Source of the DNA: an uncultured Rivularia sp.
GTDB lineage: Bacteria > Cyanobacteriota > Cyanobacteriia > Cyanobacteriales > Nostocaceae
DNA: 64,000 bases
Assembly: GCA_963665115.1 (NCBI GenBank)
Contig: OY762007.1
Span: 6,752,001 to 6,816,000 of the forward strand
Direction of reading: 5' to 3'
Below the pieces are notes generated by a model. The model was not told the DNA's origin. It did not search any database and saw only the letters and a program-made list of their open reading frames with translations. The translations under genes were made by a program, and so were the position numbers. Shown here piece by piece: positions 33,087 to 44,019 of the stretch; the first letter of the stretch is position 1; the number at the start of each line of letters is the position of its first letter.

Positions 33087-34670
33087 TCAAGCTATAATCC
33101 CATTCTCGAAATTACTTAATTCTTGCGCTTGAGCGGTGTAATTTTGACCGTATATTTTCGCGATTTTTCCGGTTTGCGCTAATATATTTCGCACTTGTTT
33201 ATTGGAAAAGTCACCGAGGTTAATATTACTTTGAAGCGCCATTCCTGCTGCAATCCCAATTCCTTGTGCAACACCGCAATTAAATTCTACAATTCTACCG
33301 GCAGAACAAGCATAGCCCTCGAATCCTGAAGCAGGGCTGATAACTGCTAAATTAGGTATATCTTTGATTATGGCGTGTTGAACGCCGATATTAAATAAAG
33401 GTTTTTGCAGGTGTAAAAGGTTTTCTATACGTTTTTGTTCTGCTCTTTTTCCTAAACCTTTGATGCCTCCGCGAATATCAAAATGATAACCAAAGGTTCC
33501 TAAAGCTTCTTCATTTCTAACTCCACCTGCAAGCATTTCTGCTCCGGTTAAAGAATCAATTGCTCCGGTAACGTTGCCTGCATGACGAATATATAGCTCA
33601 GAAGCTGGAGTGACTGTATTTGCACCAATAGTTGTAAACCATCGAATTACATAATTCATTTCCGCGAGCATTTTTGGAGTAGGTTTGGCTTTACCTCGTG
33701 CTAATGCTTCTGCATCGTCGGCATTTACATCATATAAGAATGCGTTCCAAGATAATCTGCCACCTGAAAGAATAGCAATGTTACCATTATCAAGAATTGC
33801 GCCGCTTTTTTCTAAAATTAACGGAGTTCCTCGGAAGGAATGGTAAGCGATGGAAAGAGCTTTGCAGCGCATATCAATGTAGTCTTTACCCACGTACATA
33901 GTTTTGAATTTACCATTTTTATCAACTAAGTCTTCTCTGAGACGGTTAGCGATTTCGGGGTTATTACCTCCTGCTTGATTTAACCAGTTTTGAGCATCTC
34001 TATCATTAAGATTGGTAAAGCGTTCGAGGTAAAGTTTTTCTATATGTTTGAGTCTTTCTACGCTTAAACCTTGAGTTTGAAATACTAAAGTAACTGAAAG
34101 TTCAGAATTAGGTAAGCCGAAGGTTTCAAATCCTTTGAGTTTTTTTACACCAGCAGCTTGGGCTAATTCTGCATTAACGGTAGAGTCAATAAATTGTTTA
34201 GCAAAATATGTTTCTTTTTTAGTTAAATTAATTCCAACAATTTGATTTCCGTGCTTGGTAACTGACTCAATTTCAATATTGCTTAGTATATCGGCGTGAA
34301 TTTCTTGCAACATCTCCCGCAATACTTTATCTGCTAGCCGTGGATCTAAAGCAACTTGTACCACTCCAACTCTTTGCAAAAATTCTTCGTAAATAGCAGG
34401 TGCCTCTCCGAAAGATTGTAAATTGTATGCTCTACGAATTTCTAAAGGAATGGACGATCTATCTAAGTAGCTTAAACCACCGCGTACTAAGTGCCCGCCT
34501 ATGCCTTTTCGCGAATCACCTTTGAACATTAGCAAGCTGCGCGGGTATTGATTTGTACGGCGGTAATATTCCCGTGCTGCACAGATTAAGCTTAGTATAC
34601 CGGGAAGTTCATCTCCAAAAGCAATTATGTCATAGGTTCGGGTTTTGTATCCAAGTGTAGTTTGAGGCAT
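33087..34670 (-). CDS. FAD-dependent oxidoreductase family protein
   Basis: YDIIAFG, GIGGHLVRGGL and FIDST motifs. Confidence 0.7.
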   Translation of the reverse strand: MPQTTLGYKTRTYDIIAFGDELPGILSLICAAREYYRRTNQYPRSLLMFKGDSRKGIGGHLVRGGLSYLDRSSIPLEIRRAYNLQSFGEAPAIYEEFLQRVGVVQVALDPRLADKVLREMLQEIHADILSNIEIESVTKHGNQIVGINLTKKETYFAKQFIDSTVNAELAQAAGVKKLKGFETFGLPNSELSVTLVFQTQGLSVERLKHIEKLYLERFTNLNDRDAQNWLNQAGGNNPEIANRLREDLVDKNGKFKTMYVGKDYIDMRCKALSIAYHSFRGTPLILEKSGAILDNGNIAILSGGRLSWNAFLYDVNADDAEALARGKAKPTPKMLAEMNYVIRWFTTIGANTVTPASELYIRHAGNVTGAIDSLTGAEMLAGGVRNEEALGTFGYHFDIRGGIKGLGKRAEQKRIENLLHLQKPLFNIGVQHAIIKDIPNLAVISPASGFEGYACSAGRIVEFNCGVAQGIGIAAGMALQSNINLGDFSNKQVRNILAQTGKIAKIYGQNYTAQAQELSNFENGIIA

Positions 34671-34926
34671 AATTTTTTCTCATAATTATTAATTTCTATG
34701 AAAAATCAACAGCGTATATTTTTATAATTACGGAGAAACTAGGGTACCCGAAAGGGTAGTTTAAGATATTAATTAACTTAGTTAGAACGTTAAATATAAT
34801 TATTTACTGATTCAGGGAACTTAGACAACAATTAATGATTCTAATATCGCGTAGTTATGTCTATATTCTTTGATGAATAAAGCATAATTGCTTAAAACGA
34901 AGAAAACAAATAGTCGAAGAATAAAT

Positions 34927-35187
34927 ATGAATTTTTCATTTAGTAGAGTTGCAACTGAAGTTACCTCTCAACAAATTAAGCAAGTTAAAAAATGGATTTA
35001 CCAGTATTTTGAAATTGATGATGATATTTCCATCTCTCTCAGTCAGTTACAGTGTAAGGAAGAAGATTGTCCGCCAATTGAAACGGTAATTTCGGTGATG
35101 ACTAATCCCGTACAGCAGTATAAAATCCATAAAAAAATTACAGATATTCAATCTACAGATATTTATCTTCTCGTACAAGATAATTAA
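34927..35187 (+). CDS. Hypothetical protein with CxxxxCPPxET motif
   Basis: LQCKEEDCPPIETVI. Confidence 0.55.
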   Translation: MNFSFSRVATEVTSQQIKQVKKWIYQYFEIDDDISISLSQLQCKEEDCPPIETVISVMTNPVQQYKIHKKITDIQSTDIYLLVQDN

Positions 35188-35521
35188 ATTAACATTAAAT
35201 ATTTGCTTCTTTAGCGAACGGGGAACAGGGAACGGGAAAAATAATTATATATATTCAGAAATAATGTTATCTGGAAAACACGGTAATCTTTGCTTAGTAA
35301 GTATTTCATGGCTTTTACCGAAATCGTAGCATTCGTTTGTATTCAAGAACCTATTTTATTAATTTCGATTATTTTTAAAACTATAGTTATAGACGACATA
35401 AACCCAGTTTCGGGTAATTAAATCGGAATGGAAGATTGTCGGTAAACACAGAGCAGTAACTGGCTTTGCTTACAGGATAAGAATAGTGAGACGTAGCAGT
35501 GCTACGTCTCTACACAAAGTT

Positions 35522-36037
35522 TTAATGGCTGCCAGCCCAGCTTGTCCATCTGGGAGATTGATTTGCAATGTCAGATTTCATAAAACCCGTATCATTACTA
35601 TCTGCTTCATTGATATTACTATCGGTCAAATTAGCATCTTTTAAATTTGCTTTGGTTAAGTCAGCACCACTGAGTTCTGCTTCTGCAAGGTTTGCTTCAT
35701 ACATATTCGCATTTGTTAAATTTGCACTCCGCAAATCGGCTTTTTGCAAGTTAGCTCTTTCTAAATTGGCGTTAGTTAAGTCTGCTCCAATTAGATTTAT
35801 TTCGCTAAGATTTGCACCACTTAGATCGGCTCCACTTAAATCGGCATCAGTTAGATTTGCTCGACTTAAATTACATCCTTTAAGTTTAGCCCCACTTAAA
35901 TCGGCTCCGCTTAAGTCTGCTGCACATAAGTTTAGACCGTTTAAGTCAGTATTTTGAAGATTTGCTTGATGGAGAATAGCTCCATGAAAATCTTTTTCTC
36001 CGACTCCATGTCGGCTCAAAAGCTGATTAACTTCCAT
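35522..36037 (-). CDS. Pentapeptide repeat protein
   Basis: A(D/N)Lxx repeats. Confidence 0.9.
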   Translation of the reverse strand: MEVNQLLSRHGVGEKDFHGAILHQANLQNTDLNGLNLCAADLSGADLSGAKLKGCNLSRANLTDADLSGADLSGANLSEINLIGADLTNANLERANLQKADLRSANLTNANMYEANLAEAELSGADLTKANLKDANLTDSNINEADSNDTGFMKSDIANQSPRWTSWAGSH

Positions 36038-36347
36038 ATTGTCACCTTTTTTGCTTTTAGCAATAGATAAGTTAATAAATACATCTCGATTTATTAACGG
36101 TAACGCTCTTAATTTTCGTATTGAGTTGTTTGATTTATCTAATTTGGGGGTAATTAAAATTAAGTTGAACCCAATGAACTTATTCTGCTAAAATTTTCCT
36201 GATGTGGAACGTTTACTTAAAATAATGATGTAAAAGTATTAAAAAGTTATCTATTCTTATATTTTTTTCTTAATTGTACTTATTTTTTAACTTAGCAACG
36301 TTGTAGTGAGACGTAGCACTGCTACGTCTCTACATTAATTATCTTGG

Positions 36348-37347
36348 CTATAGCTGAAATAATCCTACTTTAGAGTTATTTTCTGCGTCTTTTTGTCGTA
36401 ATTCCAATAGTTTTTGTTCGATTACTTCGCTAATTAACTTATTCCCTTCTAAATTAAAATGAATGTGGTCGTGATACAAAGCTTTTGGGTCTTGAGAAGA
36501 ATTGAATATAGGTAGAAAATCTATATAGATAATATCTTGAGTTTTAGTAAATTCTTGCAAGCGTTGACGTTCTTTAATTTCATAGTCGCGAGGCCCCCGG
36601 TTCCCCGATTTCTCGCTTCAAGGGAGTCATAGCTAGTAAAAATAAAGCATTGTTTTCGCGAGTAAATTGTTGAATTTTACTAATGGCTTTTAAGTTACTA
36701 CCAACGCGATCGCCACTTTCGTTTTGAATTTCGTTTAATCCCGGTATAGGCTTTTGCTTGAGGATATAACGGTTTAATATTTCTGAAGCAGCCAGAGGTG
36801 GTTTTTCCGAAGGATAATTGCGATCTCGTCCTACTTGTAGTGGAGTGGGTGTGGTTGAGAATAAGTCATCGGTATTAATTAGCAGCACGATAACCTTAGA
36901 GCCAAAACTACCAAACCTTTGTAAATAGGCTAATTCATTTCTCGGTCCCCAGGAATTAGCAGAAGCGTTTAATACTTCGACTTGCGTAATATTTTCAGAT
37001 AGATCGGATAAATTTGATTTCAAAGAACGCATCATCAAGTTAGAAATCGTATTCTCTTGGTCAGTCCACCAACCACCATTAGCGATAGAATCTCCTAAAA
37101 GCAATATTCGCATCGTTGAAGGTAAAGGTGTTTCTTGGATATTGGCACCTCGCATCGAATACTGATTAATTTCTATACGATTGCCAAAGCGACGAGTACG
37201 TTGAGAAGGAGTTAATAAATAACCAATTTTTTCATCACCGATATAAGTCAAAGGATTGCCAAAACCAAACAGCAAGCGCAATCCAATTTCTGTAACTACA
37301 AATAATCCGATAATCGCTGCAACAATAACTAATAAAATAAATCTCAC
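36348..37347 (-). CDS. SGNH/GDSL hydrolase (apparent +1 frameshift at ~36595)
   Basis: LLGDSIANG in the first ORF and DHIHFN in the second; joined as EPGPRDYEIK. Confidence 0.85.
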
Positions 37348-37658
37348 CGTTTAATACCTTTTTTCGTGTGATGGCACAATGTGATGACACAAATTACACC
37401 AATATACACGACGGGGGAGGGGGAGATGGGGAGATGGGGAGAGGGGGTAGAGGGGGTAGAGGGGGGAGAAGAATTTAATTTATAAATCAATGCCCAATGC
37501 CCAATGCCCAATGCCCTATGCCCTATGCCCATTCTTCGTTTACTTTTCTTAAGAAAATTGTTATCTGAATGTTTCGCTTATATCTGCTTATATAGGAAGT
37601 AACGGACTAAAATCAAGGCGGATCGTTTCGTCGAAATTGATAAGGGAGGATAATTTTT

Positions 37659-37799
37659 ATGTCCGATTTAAATCGAGGAATAATGAAGTTTAAAGGTGCG
37701 GATACTACTAAGGCTGTAACTATTTCTACCGTTCTGCTACTCGGTTCGATTGCATTACTTATAATTTGGGCATTACAGGTGGCTTACGCGGTAAACTAA
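37659..37799 (+). CDS. ndhQ: NDH-1 complex small subunit NdhQ (46 aa, missed by ORF track)
   Basis: MSDLNRGIMKFKGAD..LIIWALQVAYAVN; strong GGAGG RBS. Confidence 0.8.
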   Translation: MSDLNRGIMKFKGADTTKAVTISTVLLLGSIALLIIWALQVAYAVN

Positions 37800-38067
37800 G
37801 AAACTAGCTACTCGCTTATATTAGGGCGCGAAATGTATTACGTATGTGTTAAGCTTGTAGACTTTTCTTTGCTTACCTTTTTGTAAAGAAATGTTGAACA
37901 AAAACACAACAAGAATTTTTAATTTTTGTTTATCACTGACAATTCGTCTTTTCGCTTACGTTGGATTCTAAGGGGTGCGGACTATATTATCGCCCCTTAG
38001 ACCGTTATTAAACTTCTAAAAATAAGACTTTAGATTTTAGATTAAAGAAAAATCAAAAATCAATTAT

Positions 38068-40938
38068 ATGTTTGAACTGTGGGGTGCTTTATTTATTTTT
38101 ATTTTCTGTCCCCTTTTAGGTGGATTACCAGTAATTTCCTGGATTACCAATGCTTTAGCTAAGCGTCGGTTGGCCCAAATCGGTACTGGTAATATTGGCG
38201 TTAGTGCTGCTTTCTATCATGGTGGAACTTTGGTAGGAGTTCTGGCTGTTTTGTCGGAAGCTCTTAAAGGAGTTATTGCAGTTTTAATCGCACGTGCTTT
38301 TTTTGATAGTGGTTCCTACTGGGAAATAGTTGCCTTAATCGCTTTGGTAATGGGTAGATTTTGGATGAGCAAGGGCGCGGGTACTACTAACGTTGTCTGG
38401 GGATTTGCGGTACACGATCCGATGGCGGCAGCGTTTGTATTTTTAGTGGGTAGTATCAGCTTTCTGCTTTTGCGTTCCAAGGAATTAGCTAAGTATGGGG
38501 TGTTGGTTCTGTTCCCCTTGATTGTGGCTGTACTGCATTTTGACAATATACCCCACATTTTGGCGGCGGTCGTTTTAGCGGGTTTACTTGCTTGGATTTA
38601 CCAACAAATTCCCGATGACTTAAATTTAAAAGCATCCGAAGCGAAACCGGAGTCACAAGCGATGTTTCAGTTGTTGCGCGGCGATCAAAAAATACTTTCT
38701 CTGGATAATGAATTAGATGCTGCAATCGTGGGAAATAAAGCAGCTAGATCCTCCGAAATGAAGCGTGTTGGTTATCCAGTTCCCAAAGGTTGGGTACTGA
38801 CTCCGATGGATGAACCACAAATGCTGATAGATTTTCTTCAACCGTCGGATTTATCTCCTCTTGCAGTACGTTCTTCAGCGTTAGGAGAAGATACAGAGGA
38901 AGCTAGCGGGGCGGGACAATACGAAACTGTTTTGAACGTTACGACAAAAGAAGGTTTACAGCAAGCGATTAGTACAGTTCGCGCTTCTTACGAGCATCCA
39001 GCAGCAGCTCAATATCGTCGCGATCGCAATTTAAAAGAAACTGCAATGGCGGTATTGATTCAGCAACAAATCCAAGGAGTATTTTCTGGAGTTGCTTTTA
39101 GTCGCGATCCAATTACTCAAGAAAATGATGCTGTAGTAATTGAAGCAGCGGCGGGTAGTGCGGCTCAAGTAGTTTCCGGTAGATATACGCCGGAACAATA
39201 TCGAGCTTTTGTAGTGAAAACAGAGAATTTGTCTTCGGTGCATTTGGAAGGTGAAGGACAAATCCCTGCCGTTTTAATCAAGCAAGTAGCTTATTTAGCC
39301 CGCCAAATCGAACAACACTATCACGGTATTCCCCAAGATATCGAGTGGAGTTATGACGGTCAAACTTTGTGGATATTGCAAGTTCGTCCTATCACCACTT
39401 TATTACCTATTTGGACGCGCAAAATTGCTGCTGAAGTAATTCCTGGAATTATTCATCCCTTAACTTGGTCAATTAATCGTCCCTTAACTTGTGGCTCTTG
39501 GGGAGGAATTTTTGCGGTAGTATTGGGCGAACGCGCTATAGGTTTAGATTTCAACGAAACGGCAACGCTTCACTTTTCTAGAGCTTATTTTAACGCCAGT
39601 CTTTTAGGAAAGATTTTCTTACGCATGGGTTTGCCTCCCGAAAGTTTAGAATTTCTAACTAGAGGTGCAAAGATGAGCAAACCGCCTCTAAACTCTACCT
39701 TGTCAAACTTTCCCGGATTGCTGCGATTGCTGACAAGGGAGTTCAGTTTAGAAAAAGATTTTAAGCGAGATTATCGCAAGCGGTTTCAGCCCGGATTGTC
39801 TGAATTAACGCAAAAATCATTACTTGAACTCGATCAAGGCCAGCTTTTAGAAAGAATTGAATTTATTTTAGAACTGCTTAAGAACGCCACTTATTACAGC
39901 ATTATGGCTCCCTTAAGCGCTGCGATTAGACAAGGAATTTTTAAACCAAAAGATAGTGACATTGATAACAGTGCCGCTCCCGAAGTTGCAGCCTTGCGAG
40001 AACTTGGGGAATTAGCCGCAGAAGCAAAATTGATATTACCAGAATTTGATTCAGAAACTTTGTTTGAGGATCTAGCAGTTTCCACACCAGGACAAAAAAT
40101 TCTGGAAGACTTTGAAACGTTACTTAATCGTTACGGTTATCTGAGTGATGTTGGAACCGATATCGCCGTACCCACCTGGAGAGAAGAACCCGAGGCAGTC
40201 AAACTGTTGTTTATCCAGTTAATGCAAGGAAACCAACCTCCAGCAAACAAACGCAAGCGGAGGGGAATAGTACAAAGTCGCGTAGATTTGAAAGGACGAG
40301 TTACAGAAGTTTATTCCCGATTGCTCGCACAGTTACGCTGGAGTTTTATCGCCTTAGAACGAAATTGGTTGCAAAACGGTTCGATTCAAAAACCCGGAGA
40401 TATATTTTTCTTAGAAATCAAAGAAATCCGCAAAATTATCAACGATTCCGATTATCAACTGATTAGTAATTTAACAGAGTTAGTCAAAATAAGAAAAACA
40501 CAACTAGCAGAAGATGGTGAACTTAATCCCGCACCACTGTTAGTTTACGGTAATGCACCTCCGCTATCAGTTTTCTTATCCAGTCCTTCCTTGGTTCCCG
40601 ACGGAATGTTAACAGGAATTCCTGCCAGTCACGGGCTAGTTGAAGGCAGAGTAAAAGTGTTGCGAAATTTACAGGCAGTTCCAGATATTGATAAGCAAAC
40701 AATTTTGGTAGTTCCTTATACAGATTCAGGCTGGGTTGCTTTACTGGCAAGGGCTGGTGGATTGATAGCCGAAGCTGGTGGAAGGCTGAGTCACGGCGCA
40801 ATTATCGCTCGCGAGTACGGAATTCCCGCAGTAATGGACGTACATAATGCTACTTGGTTATTGCAAGATGGGCAGCGAGTACGGATTGATGGCTCTAGGG
40901 GAATTATTGAGATATCGAATGATTTAAGACCGGATTGA
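38068..40938 (+). CDS. PlsY-like membrane domain fused to PEP-synthase-type ATP-grasp and phospho-His swivel domains
   Basis: GTGNIGVS..EALKG; AVRSSA.GED..AGQY; DIEW..LQVRPIT; GGRLSHGAIIAREYGIPAV. Confidence 0.82.
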   Translation: MFELWGALFIFIFCPLLGGLPVISWITNALAKRRLAQIGTGNIGVSAAFYHGGTLVGVLAVLSEALKGVIAVLIARAFFDSGSYWEIVALIALVMGRFWMSKGAGTTNVVWGFAVHDPMAAAFVFLVGSISFLLLRSKELAKYGVLVLFPLIVAVLHFDNIPHILAAVVLAGLLAWIYQQIPDDLNLKASEAKPESQAMFQLLRGDQKILSLDNELDAAIVGNKAARSSEMKRVGYPVPKGWVLTPMDEPQMLIDFLQPSDLSPLAVRSSALGEDTEEASGAGQYETVLNVTTKEGLQQAISTVRASYEHPAAAQYRRDRNLKETAMAVLIQQQIQGVFSGVAFSRDPITQENDAVVIEAAAGSAAQVVSGRYTPEQYRAFVVKTENLSSVHLEGEGQIPAVLIKQVAYLARQIEQHYHGIPQDIEWSYDGQTLWILQVRPITTLLPIWTRKIAAEVIPGIIHPLTWSINRPLTCGSWGGIFAVVLGERAIGLDFNETATLHFSRAYFNASLLGKIFLRMGLPPESLEFLTRGAKMSKPPLNSTLSNFPGLLRLLTREFSLEKDFKRDYRKRFQPGLSELTQKSLLELDQGQLLERIEFILELLKNATYYSIMAPLSAAIRQGIFKPKDSDIDNSAAPEVAALRELGELAAEAKLILPEFDSETLFEDLAVSTPGQKILEDFETLLNRYGYLSDVGTDIAVPTWREEPEAVKLLFIQLMQGNQPPANKRKRRGIVQSRVDLKGRVTEVYSRLLAQLRWSFIALERNWLQNGSIQKPGDIFFLEIKEIRKIINDSDYQLISNLTELVKIRKTQLAEDGELNPAPLLVYGNAPPLSVFLSSPSLVPDGMLTGIPASHGLVEGRVKVLRNLQAVPDIDKQTILVVPYTDSGWVALLARAGGLIAEAGGRLSHGAIIAREYGIPAVMDVHNATWLLQDGQRVRIDGSRGIIEISNDLRPD

Positions 40939-41052
40939 GGAGATGGTAAGCCACTGCGTTGCGGGGGTTCCCCCCCGTTGTAGCAAGTGGCGCAACCCGT
41001 AGGGGGAGACAAGGGGACAAGGAGATGGGGAGAAATTTAAATTCACAACCTT

Positions 41053-41168
41053 GTTAATAGCAGGGAGTGAGACGTTATTAGCAGGGAGCAAGACGTTAAT
41101 AGCAGGGAGCAAGACGTTATTAGCAGGGAGCGAGACGTTATTAGCAGGGAGCGAGACGCTCCCACTAC
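41053..41168 (+). repeat. Five tandem 21-bp units GTTA(T/A)TAGCAGGGAGYRAGAC
   Basis: Units start at 41053, 41074, 41095, 41116 and 41137, and the array ends in GCTCCCACTAC. Confidence 0.85.
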
Positions 41169-41252
41169 GTTTTTAACTCCTACTCTTTACTATTCCCAAT
41201 GCCCAATGCCCAATGCCCAATTACCAATTACCAATTACCAATTACCAATTTC

Positions 41253-41597
41253 ATGAAATTTACTTCGTTAAACAATTTATCCGAAGAAGCAGTTTCTCAT
41301 AATCCGGAAATTAAGAAAAAGGTAATGTTGCGATTTGGGGATTTACCTCACCTAACTAATTTCTCTCAAGCTCGTTTTGCTCCGGGGCAATCGGCATCAG
41401 CACACGCTCATCAGGATATGTGCGAGGTTTTTTTTGTGGAATCGGGTTCGGGCTTGATTCGGGTTGATGATAAAGAATATTCTTTGCTTCCCGGTAGTTG
41501 TGTGGCGGTGGAAGCGGGGGAAGTTCATGAAGTTATTAATAATGGCGAGGATGAATTGGTGCTGACTTATTTTGGGTTGCGGGTGGAGAAGAGATAA
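41253..41597 (+). CDS. Cupin domain protein
   Basis: HAH...EVF..GSG and GEVHEV motifs. Confidence 0.85.
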   Translation: MKFTSLNNLSEEAVSHNPEIKKKVMLRFGDLPHLTNFSQARFAPGQSASAHAHQDMCEVFFVESGSGLIRVDDKEYSLLPGSCVAVEAGEVHEVINNGEDELVLTYFGLRVEKR

Positions 41598-41655
41598 AAA
41601 ATTATTGAAACCGAATTAAGCTAATAGTAATCGCTCAACGACTCGGAGTAGTAAT

Positions 41656-42306
41656 ATGCTCTTAAGCATTAAACGTATTGATGTTCCACCAGGACAACGT
41701 GTGTTGTTACGTGATGTCACCTGGCAAGAGTTTGAAACAATTCTTGATGAATTGGGAGAACATCGCGCTGCACGTGTTGCTTATGACCGAGGAGTATTAG
41801 AAATTATGGCACCCTTGCCAGAACATGAAGATGATAAAGAAATCATTGGTGATTTAGTAAAAGTACTTTTAGAAGAACTAGATATTGAATTTAGAAGTCT
41901 TGGTTCTACAACTTTTAAAAATCAAGCAATGCTTCAGGGAATAGAACCAGATCAATGTTTTTATATTCAAAATGAAAGTAAAATTCGTGGTAAAAAGCGA
42001 CTCGATCTAACACAAGATCCACCACCCGATTTAGCTTTAGAAATCGATCTTACTTCTCGGACTCATCCAAGTATTTATGCAGCGTTGAAAGTGCCGGAAT
42101 TGTGGCGATTTGAAAAAGGTAAACTACAAATAAATTTACTGCAAAATGAGTCTTATGTTGTATCTGAGCAAAGTCAGAATTTTCCTAATTTTTATTTAGC
42201 TAAAGTTCTACCGGAATATCTTGAACAAAGTAGAGTAGCTGGTCGAAATTCTGCGATTAAAGCTTTTAGAAATTGGGTGAGAGAGCAATTAAAAAATTTA
42301 TATTAA
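41656..42306 (+). CDS. Uma2 family endonuclease
   Basis: VTWQEFE, EPDQCFY, PPDLALEID and VPELW motifs. Confidence 0.9.
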   Translation: MLLSIKRIDVPPGQRVLLRDVTWQEFETILDELGEHRAARVAYDRGVLEIMAPLPEHEDDKEIIGDLVKVLLEELDIEFRSLGSTTFKNQAMLQGIEPDQCFYIQNESKIRGKKRLDLTQDPPPDLALEIDLTSRTHPSIYAALKVPELWRFEKGKLQINLLQNESYVVSEQSQNFPNFYLAKVLPEYLEQSRVAGRNSAIKAFRNWVREQLKNLY

Positions 42307-42332
42307 CTATTAATTCGTTTAGCTATCAAAAA

Positions 42333-42447
42333 CGCCTTGGAATCAATTTCCAGGCTCAAAAACAAAGTCTGATAAATCAGACTGAGTAATGCTTTTAGTG
42401 CGTTTCAACGTACTTTGCATATCAGCCCTGAAATTAATTCCGAGGCG
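42333..42447. repeat. REPIN-like multi-hairpin inverted repeat
   Basis: CGCCTTGGAATCAATTTC...GAAATTAATTCCGAGGCG with internal hairpins. Confidence 0.6.
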
Positions 42448-42536
42448 GGTTTGGGGCTAGTTAAAAATGCTGCAAGATGTAACTTAACTAATTTTGCTAA
42501 TATCTAAGTAATAACACTGGTACAGACCCCAGCATC

Positions 42537-43165
42537 ATGATTAAGCGACTTTGGCGGTGGTTTAATAATTTTTGGCAGCGTTTATTTAGTAGAAATCCTC
42601 CCAAACCGGATATTAGCGTAAAACCACGCGAGTTGTTGACAGATGCGGAATATGAATCATTATTTCTTCAGTTGTTGGATGGGGTGAATGATGAAAGCTG
42701 GAGTCGGGGACAGGTTAAAGCTTTTTTGGATTGGAATAATATTGTTGAATCGGATTTAGTGGAATGGTTGCGGGGTTTTGGCAAGAGGTTATTGGCTGGA
42801 AATGGGGAGAATCATGAGTTAGCACAGCGGATGCTGCGGTTGAGTGAAGTTGGTTTTGGGGAGTTGAGTCAGGTTGCTGGTGAAATTGGGAGGAAGTTGT
42901 TAGATAAAGGGGAAGAAGGAGAAGAAAAGGGAGAAGCGGAAGTTTGGTTTGATAGAGGTGTTGAGCAGTTTGAAACTGGGGATTTTGAACAAGCCATTGA
43001 ATCTTTTGACAAAGCAGTTGAATTTAAACCTGACTACCACGAAGCTTGGTTAGACCGGGGTGTTGCGCTGTTTCAATTGGAAAGGTTTGAAGAAGCGATC
43101 GCATCTTATGACAAAGCTGTTGAAATTAAACCTGACTACTACGAAGCTTGGTACAACCGGGGTGG
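42537..43165 (+). pseudogene. TPR protein, 3'-truncated
   Basis: TPR repeats stop abruptly after AWYNRG; the ORF then reads through unrelated and MITE sequence to 43310. Confidence 0.65.
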
Positions 43166-43199
43166 CTTTAATTTATCGCTTCGTGCGCCGATAATAAGA

Positions 43200-43310
43200 C
43201 TAGTACCGCTGCGCGGAAGTAAAAAGTCAAAAGTAAGAAGTAAAAAGTATTATATGATAAGGCTTTCAAACTTTTTAAATGGGTGCTTTATTTACGCCGT
43301 ACTGTACTAG
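43200..43310. mobile_element. Small MITE (~110 bp)
   Basis: Ends CTAGTAC...GTACTAG with an imperfect ~24-bp IR. Confidence 0.65.
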
Positions 43311-43373
43311 TAAAATTTTATATTGCCATACATCCCCGAAATTGATGTCGTTATTTCACACCTATCAACATAT

Positions 43374-43622
43374 ATGAAAGCAATCGAAACCACAGCTACA
43401 ATTAATGAAAATGGCGAACTTAAACTAGATTATTCGCTAGAAGTTACCAAACCACAGCGCGTTCGTATTATTGTTTTGCTTTCCGAAGATGACGAAACCG
43501 AGGATTTAGATGAAACACCGACAGAAATAGCTATAGAAGGTATTCATCAAGGGATACGAGAAGCATTAAACGGACAAACTATTCCCCTTTCAGAAATGTG
43601 GGATGGAATTGATGCAGAGTGA
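43374..43622 (+). CDS. Probable type II antitoxin
   Basis: Acidic 82-aa protein overlapping the downstream RelE-like gene. Confidence 0.65.
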   Translation: MKAIETTATINENGELKLDYSLEVTKPQRVRIIVLLSEDDETEDLDETPTEIAIEGIHQGIREALNGQTIPLSEMWDGIDAE

Positions 43623-43991
43623 ATCATCACCGATCCAAATCGCTCTTACACCTCGTTTTAAAAAGGATCTACGAGAACTTGCTAAACGCTATCGCTCAAT
43701 TCGTAGCGATATCCAACCTTTAATTGAGCAGCTTCAAGCTGGTGAAATCCCGTAGGATGTAGAATTGCTGGAGTTAAATATCAGGTTTTCAAAGTTCGTC
43801 TCAAAAATAGCAATATTCAAAAAGGAAAAAGTGGAGGCTATAGAGTAATTTACTATTTGAAAACCGATTGGGGAATAATCCTTGCTACAATCTATTCTAA
43901 ATCCGATATTTCTGATGTCGGTAATCAAACAATTGAAGAAGCGATTGAACAATACGAACAAGAAATCCAAATAAAAGATAGCCCAAACTAG
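43612..43991 (+). pseudogene. RelE/ParE-family toxin, disrupted at ~43753
   Basis: TPRFKKDLRELAKRY..GEIP*, then frame-shifted RIAGVKYQVFKVR..KGKSGGYRVIYY. Confidence 0.75.
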
Positions 43992-44019
43992 CACTACTTT
44001 CTTAAGTTAAAAATAGAGT

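Noticed and set aside
32621..33119. ORFs with LLPTYY-type repeats (also 37344..37532 and 61936..62181)
   Set aside because: Translation artefacts of STRR heptamer arrays.
41053..41168. 21-bp repeats as a CRISPR array
   Set aside because: The units are contiguous with no unique spacers.
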